A DNA stretch of 64,000 bases from contig JAJXYN010000012.1 in assembly GCA_021780535.1 (NCBI GenBank), forward strand, positions 69,688 to 133,687. The letters are read 5' to 3'. The notes below the pieces were generated by a model that made no database searches, was not told the DNA's origin, and worked only from the letters and a program-made list of their open reading frames with translations. Both the position numbers and the translations under genes were made by a program. The stretch's first letter is position 1. Each line of letters starts with the position of its first letter. Below are positions 1 to 7,824 of the stretch, in pieces. The DNA is from a bacterium (lineage in GTDB: Bacteria; Patescibacteriota; Patescibacteriia; JAGPKW01).

Positions 1-2869
1 CTTGTTTTATAGAAGTTAAATCTTTTTCATCTAGTAATTCAATTATTTTTTGATATAAATCCAAGCATGATAAATCTTCCAAATTATTAAATATATTTTT
101 ATATTTATCATTCAAAATCAAAGTTTCATCTTCTATTAATTTTTTTAATCTATTTAATAAAAACTTATTATTAATATCAAAATTTAAATTTAATTCTTGT
201 TTTAGACTTTCATAATTAGAAAATATTATATTTATAACCTTTTCTATAGTCTCTTTATTAAAATTATTTATCAAATATTCTTTCAAATTATTTTTTAATA
301 ATTCTAAATTTTCTTTATTTTTTCCTATCAGTTCAGCTTTTTTTGCTGTTGTTAATACAGCTTTTCTTTCTATACTTATATCTTCTGTATTTAAAAATGA
401 CCTAGAATCTAATTTTCCAGAAATATCTATATCTCTTATATCTTCCTGTGATAAATCCATAGAAACATTTAATCTGTAGTCACTTATTTCGCACCAATTA
501 TTTGGATTCAAACTTTGCTGTAATAGTTCATCTGTATAGCTGGATTTTTTTGAAAAAAATTCTTTTGGTTTTGTAAGTAAAGATTTAAGACCGTCTATAG
601 ATGCTGATTCATGAGTTAATAAGTCTTCAAAATATTGATAAATCTTTAGATTTTTTTCTTTTAATTCTTGCAACTTGTGATGTTCTTTTGTAAAAGAAGA
701 ATACATTCTAGTTATTTTGAATAAAGTCAAAAAATCTCTATAATATCCTTTTTCATGAAATATTTCTGAAACTATCTCACTAGATTTTCCATTTTTTAGA
801 TTAACAATATCAACAACATAAGATGGAGTTTTCTTTTCTTCTTCTGTTAGTTCATGTTGAACAACGTTTTGCAAGAAATCTTCTGATAAGTAACCATCAA
901 TAAGAGTTCCAAGTATTTCGTATTTATCTTTACCGAAATCATTTGGATTAGAATTTGGCACAAGAACAGCAAATAATTGATATAAATCTTGTATTTGAAA
1001 TTTACTAAATAATTCTAAATTACTTATTTTTTCAAGCGGAATATGATATTCATTCTCAAATGATTTATTTTTTGGTAAATATTTATATAAAATATCCAAA
1101 GAATTAAATTTCTCAGGTTTTACATAATTTAAAGTTGATATATAAGAATAAAAATCAGAATCTTTTTTGTCTGGATTTTCTAGTAAATAACTATTTTTCC
1201 AGTTATCTATAAAAATTTTATATTCTTCAGATCTTCCTTCTAAATATTTTTTTAAATTATCAAATATCTCTTTATGTTTTTCTTCAAAGACATTTGCAAA
1301 TCTAAATTCTAATAATTCTTTTTCATTATTTTTCTTTTTTAATATAGTCTCTAATTCTTTTTCTTTTCCATTTTCAACTACTTGAAATAGTTGTGGTTGA
1401 GTAAAACCATCATAAAGAGATGCATTTTCTAATACATTTTCCAATACTTTCTTGTATCTATCTAAAATATCTATCAAACCATTAGCATTGTGCTTTTTTA
1501 ATAAATCACATAGAGATTTCGGGGTATGTTCCTCATTTAAAAAATCGTTATTTAACAATATTAAAAGATCCTCATCCAATAAACAATCTTTAAAAATTGA
1601 TTCTAATCCTTTTATGTCTTGAGAATTGTTTGTAAAATTTTCTAAAAAATACATAAAATCTTCTTTTGTGTATTTTGTATTCTTGGTTTTTATTAAATTA
1701 ATAAAAAAACTTAAGTCATAATATTCTAATTTTTGTGGATCTTGTATTTGAGAACGCTTTATAACAAAATCAACCTCTCTTGCTAAGATGCTATCATTAT
1801 TAATTTTATTTATTATCTTTTCTTTTATTAATTCACCACATATTTTTCCATCAGTTTCTTGATAAAGACTGATAAGCACTCCTAAAGGATCAGTTTCGCT
1901 ATCTTCACTCAAGCTTTCTTTTATATTGTCAAAATTATGTTTTATGTTTTTTTCCAAAGCATCATCTAAATCTTTATGATTTAAGATATCTTGAATATCT
2001 ATAAAATTCAAAACGTCTTTTAATCCATAATCTATATTAAGAGCATAAAATCTTTCTGATATAGGCTTCATAAAATATTTTTGGATATACATTTCTTTTA
2101 TTTCTGGATCTGATTGTATTATTTCTTTAAAATAATTAGAAACTTCTTCTTTACTATTAAATTCTTTTGAATTTAAAAAATATAATATTCTGCAAAACAT
2201 TTCTTCTGGTGAAAAATAATGTATCATCTTCCTATTCTCCATAAAACTTAATAGTATAGATTTACATCCTTCTTCGTTTTTATTAACGCCGTCTTCTTTA
2301 TCAATAAGAATGCTCCATTTTAATTTTTCTGGAAATAGATTATCTAGGTAATTTTTTAGATCACATATTTTATTTTTTATTTTTTTGGTATCATCATTAT
2401 ACTCAATAGATCTACTACTAAGTTTTTCTAATAAAACAACAATTAATTTAGAAATTAAATCATCTAATCGTCTAAAATTTTTATCAGAACTCAATATAGG
2501 TATTTTCTTCAAATTATCTTTTCCTATAATTTTTTCCAATATGATAGTAATATTTTTAAAATGAAAAAAGTATTTTTTCATATATTCTAAATCCTGATCT
2601 ATTTTTTCAACCTCACCACTTATAATATTTTTAGACTTTCTTTCTAAGTCAAAATAAAATTTTATATCGTCAATAAACCAATTTAAAAATTCATTATTAC
2701 TTCTTACAAATTCTATAAGTCTTTTATTTTTTAAAAACTCTTCAAGATCTTCTATTTTTATATGATTATCAGAAATCGGTTTCATGATATCAAAAAATTC
2801 ATTAACAGATAATTCTTTTAATTCTTCAGTTGATTCTTGATTAATTGTTATATTATTAAATCTTTCCAT
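1..2869 (-). CDS. large hypothetical protein, partial (start ATG at 2869; ORF runs off the window edge, >950 aa)
   Basis: Minus-strand ATG at 2867-2869, preceded in frame by TAA. Hand translation gives MERFNNITINQESTEELKE... with no stop reached to position 1; the full length was not rigorously checked. The six-frame track lists nothing in 1-2900, as expected if it excludes ORFs truncated by the edge. No recognisable motifs. It lies directly downstream of, and co-oriented with, the serine recombinase. Confidence 0.5.
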   Translation of the reverse strand, partial: MERFNNITINQESTEELKELSVNEFFDIMKPISDNHIKIEDLEEFLKNKRLIEFVRSNNEFLNWFIDDIKFYFDLERKSKNIISGEVEKIDQDLEYMKKYFFHFKNITIILEKIIGKDNLKKIPILSSDKNFRRLDDLISKLIVVLLEKLSSRSIEYNDDTKKIKNKICDLKNYLDNLFPEKLKWSILIDKEDGVNKNEEGCKSILLSFMENRKMIHYFSPEEMFCRILYFLNSKEFNSKEEVSNYFKEIIQSDPEIKEMYIQKYFMKPISERFYALNIDYGLKDVLNFIDIQDILNHKDLDDALEKNIKHNFDNIKESLSEDSETDPLGVLISLYQETDGKICGELIKEKIINKINNDSILAREVDFVIKRSQIQDPQKLEYYDLSFFINLIKTKNTKYTKEDFMYFLENFTNNSQDIKGLESIFKDCLLDEDLLILLNNDFLNEEHTPKSLCDLLKKHNANGLIDILDRYKKVLENVLENASLYDGFTQPQLFQVVENGKEKELETILKKKNNEKELLEFRFANVFEEKHKEIFDNLKKYLEGRSEEYKIFIDNWKNSYLLENPDKKDSDFYSYISTLNYVKPEKFNSLDILYKYLPKNKSFENEYHIPLEKISNLELFSKFQIQDLYQLFAVLVPNSNPNDFGKDKYEILGTLIDGYLSEDFLQNVVQHELTEEEKKTPSYVVDIVNLKNGKSSEIVSEIFHEKGYYRDFLTLFKITRMYSSFTKEHHKLQELKEKNLKIYQYFEDLLTHESASIDGLKSLLTKPKEFFSKKSSYTDELLQQSLNPNNWCEISDYRLNVSMDLSQEDIRDIDISGKLDSRSFLNTEDISIERKAVLTTAKKAELIGKNKENLELLKNNLKEYLINNFNKETIEKVINIIFSNYESLKQELNLNFDINNKFLLNRLKKLIEDETLILNDKYKNIFNNLEDLSCLDLYQKIIELLDEKDLTSIKQ

Positions 2870-2906
2870 TCGGATTTCTTTTATTTATAAGAGTATTTTA
2901 TCATTT

Positions 2907-3494
2907 TTATCTAACATAGTCATATTGTTGATAAGATAAAATCTTGTTTTCCAAAACAATCTTTCCACCACTAAAACATCTCACAATCTCTCTTTTCTCA
3001 TCAACACTTCCATTAACCAAAACATGCTTAACATAATCCTTAATATTAATTTCTTTCTTATCCTTATTATCATCCTTATAAATAAGCCTATAAAAGCTAT
3101 TAAACCTATTAATTTCAAGTTTTAATTTATCGCTTATCATTTTCTCATCAATTCTAACCTTATCGACTATTTCTATAAGTTGTTTAATAATCAGATCTTC
3201 TCTCACATAACCATTCTTACAATTTTTATCTTTAGACTTTGTACAACCATAATAAATATAACTTAGAGGCTTTCCATTTTTTAATTTCTTTATTTTTTCT
3301 CTTGCAGATATTCCAGAATTACAAAGTCCACACGTAAATAAATTAGTAAATGCAAATTCTTTATTATTACTTCTGTAATCACATTCACTAGATATTTTCT
3401 CTCTTATTTTTTCAAATACTTCTTTTGTTATTATTGGTTCATGCTGTCCTTTATACCATTTACCATTTCCTTTAGGGATATTCAAAATATCCAT
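2907..3494 (-). CDS. large serine recombinase, C-terminal fragment (recombinase domain + zinc-ribbon), separated from the N-terminal fragment by a frameshift
   Basis: KGNGKWYKGQHEPIITKEVFEKI matches the conserved W..G.HEPII..E.F..VQ block of large serine recombinases. A Cys cluster CGLCNS...YYGC...C forms a zinc ribbon. It overlaps the upstream fragment in a different frame. Confidence 0.7.
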   Translation of the reverse strand: MDILNIPKGNGKWYKGQHEPIITKEVFEKIREKISSECDYRSNNKEFAFTNLFTCGLCNSGISAREKIKKLKNGKPLSYIYYGCTKSKDKNCKNGYVREDLIIKQLIEIVDKVRIDEKMISDKLKLEINRFNSFYRLIYKDDNKDKKEINIKDYVKHVLVNGSVDEKREIVRCFSGGKIVLENKILSYQQYDYVR

Positions 3495-4203
3495 AATAAA
3501 AAGTATTATTAAGCATTAAATAAATATTACTTAATGAAAAATCTTTTCCTGATTTTGTTTTGAAATTTATATCTTTTAACCAATTAAATATCTTTCTTCC
3601 TGAATAATTATCATAAGCAACTTTCTCAAATATTTCTCTTATAATATTCCATCTATCAGGATCTAAATGAATACATCCAGTTCTATCTTTTCTTAAATCA
3701 TTTAGATACCCAGTAGGAGCTACAGCAGGCCATAAACCTTGTTCTACTTTTGCTCTTAAACCTCTTTTTACATTAATACTCTTATTATCATTTTCAAGTT
3801 TTGCTTGTCCTCCTAGAATCATAAGCATAAATTTATCATTAGGAGTATTTTTAAATACTTGATTATATGTTTTTATTTCTATTAATAAGTTTTTATCTAC
3901 TAAGTCTATTAAAGATCCAAGATCTCCAGCGTTTCTAGATAATCTATCAGTATTCCAAGTTAGAAGGGAATTAAACTTCTTATTTTTTAGATCAGAAATA
4001 ATAGAGTTAAAAATATCTCTCTTGCTTGATTCTTTAGCTGAATGACTTTCTTTTTTAATATCAACTATTTCTAATCCTTCTTTTTCTGCTATTTGCATCA
4101 TTTCTTTAATCTGAGAATCAATAGAAAGAGCTTGTCTTTCGTCTTCTTCGCTAGACTTTCTAGCATAAAGACAATATTTCTTTTGAATTATTTGATTATC
4201 CAT
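3472..4203 (-). CDS. large serine recombinase, N-terminal resolvase/invertase catalytic domain fragment
   Basis: YARKSSEEDERQALSIDSQ carries the catalytic Ser in the Y.R.S....Q context, and TDRLSRN is the resolvase DRLSR motif. It ends ...LNNTFYYGYFEYP*; the motif continues KGNGKW in the other frame. Confidence 0.75.
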   Translation of the reverse strand: MDNQIIQKKYCLYARKSSEEDERQALSIDSQIKEMMQIAEKEGLEIVDIKKESHSAKESSKRDIFNSIISDLKNKKFNSLLTWNTDRLSRNAGDLGSLIDLVDKNLLIEIKTYNQVFKNTPNDKFMLMILGGQAKLENDNKSINVKRGLRAKVEQGLWPAVAPTGYLNDLRKDRTGCIHLDPDRWNIIREIFEKVAYDNYSGRKIFNWLKDINFKTKSGKDFSLSNIYLMLNNTFYYGYFEYP

Positions 4204-4217
4204 CTTTTTTATTTTTA

Positions 4218-4310
4218 TTTATCTTTTATTACATTAATGACGTAATAAAAAATTTATATCTAGACTTAAAGAGTAGGTAAACAGTAGATAAAAATGCTTT
4301 TAATTAATCT
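4218..4310. repeat. 92-bp direct repeat, copy A (promoter/operator-like module immediately 5' of the serine recombinase start)
   Basis: About 93% identical to 9418-9509. Contains the imperfect palindrome TTACATTAATGACGTAA with CATTAATG core. On the minus strand a TTTACC-17-TATAAA promoter-like arrangement places the palindrome at or just after the predicted TSS. Confidence 0.65.
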
Positions 4311-4353
4311 GTTTTTGAGCTAGAATATTAACAACTATTAAAAACTAAAAAAT

Positions 4354-4518
4354 ATGACAAATAAAGAAAAACTATTAAAAATCTATGATATTTATAAAAA
4401 ATATCTAGAGAGTATATATGAATTTAATATCAAAGAAAGAAATTTAGTGTTAAAATTTGAAGAAGAAATTGATAAAGCTAAAATAAGCCAAATAAAAAAT
4501 AAATTAAATAAATAAATT
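4354..4518 (+). CDS. small hypothetical protein (54 aa), below the ORF-track cutoff
   Basis: ATG..TAA ORF MTNKEKLLKIYDIYKKYLESIYEFNIKERNLVLKFEEEIDKAKISQIKNKLNK. Its stop lies 3 nt before the 4519 start codon. Confidence 0.25.
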
Positions 4519-6024
4519 ATGTCACTTGAAAATTATCATGAAGAACACGAGAAAAAACAAGAACAAATACAAGAGCTAATTAATACTCTAGAACAAAGAA
4601 AGGACCAATTATTACAAAAAGAAAATATTTCACAAGAAGAGCTAATTGAAGTTAAAAATCAAATAGAATCAGAAATAAATAAGAAAGCACAAGTCGCTGA
4701 ACACGTAGATGATGATTGTTTACTTTCTATAGCTCATGAAATGAAAGCAATAGACATTGATTTGCCAGTAGAAAGAAAAAGAGAAATGTATGAAGCTGTA
4801 GAGGCTTTAGATTCTCAAGTTATAAAAGCAAGAGTTGATGCAAAAATTCAAATAGGTGAAGTATTATATAAAGACCTAGACGCTTCTAATTTTGATTTTG
4901 AAAATTTAAAACAAAACTTTAAAAAATTATATTTAGAATTTTTAGAAATAAGAAAACAACTCATAGACAATAAAGAAAGTCCGGAAATACTTTCTAGCTT
5001 AAAAAGTAAAAAATATGAATTAGGTAAATTATCTCAAATTCTATACTCTAATTCAGAAAATTATGAAGAATTTATAAATAGAATAAAAGAAATATTTATA
5101 GACATAAAAGGTATAGATGAAAAAGATTTTAATGAATATTTTTCAGCAACATTTTTATACCCAGCAAATTTGAAGCCCATAGAAGATAAAGAATATTTAC
5201 CAGGACCTTTTGAATCTATTATATCAACTATAGAGTGCTTAAAAGTTGCAGAAAAAGTTAGAGATTCTGTATCTGATAGTTGTTCTTCTCTTTTATTCTC
5301 AGGATCTTCAATATGGGGTTCATTTTATGCTACAAAAGGTCAAGTACCTCAAGAAGCTGGTGATTATATGTTAGAACAAAGAAAATTAAAAAATATATCA
5401 GATACAGATTTTGTAAGTATATTTGAAGATTTTAACTCTATGGAAGCTGGTATTAAAAAATTAGTTGCTGATAAGATAATATCTGAAGATAGCGTTCAAA
5501 GATTTGAAGAATTTATAAAACTAAAAAAAGACAAGAAGGTTAATTATTTATCTTGTAGAGGTGAAATAAACGGAATAGAAACTAGTATGCATTTTTTTGA
5601 TAAAGAAACCTTTTCTTCATTAAGCGGTTTTATTGATAGTATAAATCCAGAAATAGATGACAGTTTAGTATTTTCTGATTTTAGAAAAGATAGACCAAAA
5701 GGAACTGGATATGAATTAATTAATCCAAATGAAGATGAAAAATCTGAAAAAATAGAGTTTGAAGATTTGGGTGGAATAAAATCTGTTGAACAAGGAAATA
5801 TAGTTCCAGTTGTATTCTTGCTTGAAAATAATAAAAATTTTTATTTAGGTTTAATACCAACACAATTAATGCAAAGTCCAATAAAAATGATTGATAAAGA
5901 TGGATTTGTAGAAGATATATCTAAAAAATTAAAAGATTTTATAATAAAAAATGGTGGCAACCCTGACTCTATAATTAAAAAATTAAGAGCTAGTAGATTA
6001 CCACCTGAATTCCTAGAATCATGA
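4519..6024 (+). CDS. hypothetical protein (501 aa) with coiled-coil N-terminal region
   Basis: Long ORF with no recognised catalytic motif. Confidence 0.55.
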   Translation: MSLENYHEEHEKKQEQIQELINTLEQRKDQLLQKENISQEELIEVKNQIESEINKKAQVAEHVDDDCLLSIAHEMKAIDIDLPVERKREMYEAVEALDSQVIKARVDAKIQIGEVLYKDLDASNFDFENLKQNFKKLYLEFLEIRKQLIDNKESPEILSSLKSKKYELGKLSQILYSNSENYEEFINRIKEIFIDIKGIDEKDFNEYFSATFLYPANLKPIEDKEYLPGPFESIISTIECLKVAEKVRDSVSDSCSSLLFSGSSIWGSFYATKGQVPQEAGDYMLEQRKLKNISDTDFVSIFEDFNSMEAGIKKLVADKIISEDSVQRFEEFIKLKKDKKVNYLSCRGEINGIETSMHFFDKETFSSLSGFIDSINPEIDDSLVFSDFRKDRPKGTGYELINPNEDEKSEKIEFEDLGGIKSVEQGNIVPVVFLLENNKNFYLGLIPTQLMQSPIKMIDKDGFVEDISKKLKDFIIKNGGNPDSIIKKLRASRLPPEFLES

Positions 6025-6204
6025 TGATTCTTTCGGAGACCAGACAGATACTTCGATTTTTGATCCGTCGGGTCTATGTCCAGTAATTCTTTTCTTTGTG
6101 TGTGTTTTTTCAAGTTCCTTAGCGGATTCTTGAAAAAGCATGCAGTCTTCATCATTGTCAGGATTCAATTCATTTTCCTGACTAGAAGTGTTCTTGTCTG
6201 ACAT
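6019..6204 (-). CDS. small hypothetical protein (61 aa), acidic N-terminus
   Basis: ORF in a locally GC-richer stretch; no motif recognised. Confidence 0.3.
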   Translation of the reverse strand: MSDKNTSSQENELNPDNDEDCMLFQESAKELEKTHTKKRITGHRPDGSKIEVSVWSPKESS

Positions 6205-6242
6205 AAGTCCTCCATATAAATATATTATAACACAAAAATATT

Positions 6243-6770
6243 ATGTTTGCAACATATAAACCAATAAAATCTTATTTAAACTTATTAGACAGTAAAAATA
6301 AGAAACCATCTACAGAATTAATGACTTTTTTAGAAAAAGAATATAAAGAAGTTCCTGGATCTTCCAATAATCATCAAACATGGAAAGGTGGTTATTTTGG
6401 ACATATAGAAGATTTGCTAAATATAGCAAATACTTTATACAAAACTTTTGATAAAAAAAGAAAGTTAGATTTTGATTTTAAAGATTGTATAATTGTTTTT
6501 TTACTTCATGATATAGAAAAACCTTTTAGATATGGGAAAGATAATGAATTTAAAAATGAAAAAGAAGAAATAATTCAAGAATTTATTATTAAAAAATATA
6601 ACTTTAAGCTTAATAAAGACCAAAAAAATGCTTTAAAGTATATTCACGGAGAAGAACAAGATTATTCTAGTAAAAAAAGAGTTATGTGTCCTTTGGCGGC
6701 TTTTTGTCATGTTTGTGACAATATAAGTGCTAGAATTTACTTTAATTATCCTCAAAAATTTGGTTGGTAA
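6243..6770 (+). CDS. HD-domain metal-dependent phosphohydrolase-like protein
   Basis: His ... His-Asp pattern: YFGHIEDLL followed by FLLHDIEKP. Confidence 0.55.
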   Translation: MFATYKPIKSYLNLLDSKNKKPSTELMTFLEKEYKEVPGSSNNHQTWKGGYFGHIEDLLNIANTLYKTFDKKRKLDFDFKDCIIVFLLHDIEKPFRYGKDNEFKNEKEEIIQEFIIKKYNFKLNKDQKNALKYIHGEEQDYSSKKRVMCPLAAFCHVCDNISARIYFNYPQKFGW

Positions 6771-6853
6771 TATTTACTTAATATTAGCCAATAAATATCA
6801 AAACGACTCAAATACCTAGTGTCGCATATGTCGCATTAAGCCTCTATTTTTTA
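6771..6853. repeat. ~80-bp intergenic repeat family, copy 1 (TATTTACTTA...ATATTAGCCAATAAATA.CAAAA...AGTGTCGCAT...CCTCTATTTTTT)
   Basis: About 85% identical, with indels, to 11077-11160. Confidence 0.6.
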
Positions 6854-6971
6854 TGTGTAACATTTGTAACATTTTATACTCTACGTACTGTCCAATTTGT
6901 CCAATTTTTTAAGACCGAATTGCTTAGAATATTTTAATAATTTATATTACAAAACGCTTATTGGTATTGAT

Positions 6972-7067
6972 TGCTATAATTTACAGACCGTAATGCTCAG
7001 CCATCCTTCGCATAGCTACGGCTGGCGATGCCAATTTGAGAGATAGACCGTAGTGGGTCTATTTTTT
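6972..7067 (+). promoter_or_regulatory. candidate leader/attenuator or small RNA: extended -10 promoter, three AGACCG(TA) direct repeats and an intrinsic terminator upstream of the 7129 gene
   Basis: TGcTATAAT at 6972-6980. AGACCGTA at 6985-6992 is repeated inside the terminator stem at 7045-7052; AGACCG also occurs at 6912. A hairpin AGCC...GGCT spans 6996-7028, and the segment is GC-rich relative to its surroundings. Confidence 0.3.
7044..7067 (+). terminator. intrinsic terminator-like hairpin (TAGACC-gtagtg-GGTCTA + TTTTTT)
   Basis: 6-bp stem followed by a T6 run. Confidence 0.45.
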
Positions 7068-7128
7068 GTTTATTTATTAATATTGTGTTAATATTTATTA
7101 AAATATAACCAATATTAATCAAATAATT

Positions 7129-7824
7129 ATGAGCAAACTAAAAGAATTTAGTAATTTTTTAAAAAATGTTGATTTGGACTCTTACAGAGTTAAATATAGA
7201 CCAATAAAAATAGTTGAAATGGATTTACCATCAGAGATACAAGCATTAAAATTAATATATAAAACTTATTGGGAAAAAAAGGATTTTATGTCTTTTGATG
7301 ACTTTTATAAAAAATATGAAGATGAATTGAACGAAAAATTAGAAAATTTTAGAAAAAAAATACAAATGTGTGAGCAATGTTTTTATCTTGGTTTACCAGC
7401 AAGAATATATAGAACATGGGCTAGTATTATAACTCAAATACATGCTGGTTATATTGCGGAATCTGTTTTTGGAGATGGTTCTGTTGATATGTCGGAAAAA
7501 TTAGATCATGCTGGAATAGATTTTTTAGTAAATTACAATGGATATATACTAAATTATCAAGTAAAGAAAGAAACTGAAAGTAGAGAAGTAAGAAAAGAAA
7601 AAAAACATAAAAATGAAAATAAAGGAGAATCTATAAATATATTTTATAAAGTACCTCAATCAAAAATATTTGAAGACCCAAAGACAAAAAAAGGAGAGTT
7701 TAGAAAACCATACTTAGATTTTATAAATAATAAAAACTTAGAAAGATATAATAATGGTTTTATTGTTTTTACAAAAGAACAATTTGAAAATAAAAAAAAT
7801 GAAATTGATAATAAAATAAATTAA
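7129..7824 (+). CDS. hypothetical protein (231 aa); candidate restriction endonuclease partner of the adjacent methyltransferase
   Basis: Convergent with the MTase gene, with 3' ends overlapping by 4 nt. Possible degenerate PD-(D/E)xK-like stretch GIDFLV...NYQVKK. No confident motif. Confidence 0.5.
   Translation: MSKLKEFSNFLKNVDLDSYRVKYRPIKIVEMDLPSEIQALKLIYKTYWEKKDFMSFDDFYKKYEDELNEKLENFRKKIQMCEQCFYLGLPARIYRTWASIITQIHAGYIAESVFGDGSVDMSEKLDHAGIDFLVNYNGYILNYQVKKETESREVRKEKKHKNENKGESINIFYKVPQSKIFEDPKTKKGEFRKPYLDFINNKNLERYNNGFIVFTKEQFENKKNEIDNKIN

Noticed and set aside
3470-3480. Programmed +1 frameshift (RF2-like) at CCC-TAA-A in the serine recombinase.
   Set aside because: There is no upstream SD-like stimulator and no known precedent in recombinases. 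A homopolymer indel or a recent pseudogene is more parsimonious; it is kept only as a low-probability alternative in the finding.
5841-6155. Antisense and overlapping track ORFs inside confident genes. The same holds for 11400-11773, 13055-13294, 14351-15195, 16821-17245, 17919-18197, 20842-21051, 21408-21641, 22192-22542, 23350-23961, 24814-25264, 26241-26492, 27244-27471, 27991-28185, 29455-29652, 34575-34811, 36102-36311, 37497-37958, 38172-38366, 38877-39074, 44915-45265, 45698-45940, 46669-46914, 50470-50742, 52015-52242, 53711-53962, 54504-54737, 55551-55823, 57651-58034, 61978-62184, 62485-62800, 63037-63261, 63258-63617 and 63669-63857.
   Set aside because: Each lies opposite to or inside a gene with clear family motifs. 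Their composition is low-complexity, the mirror image of AT-rich codons. No SD or independent support.
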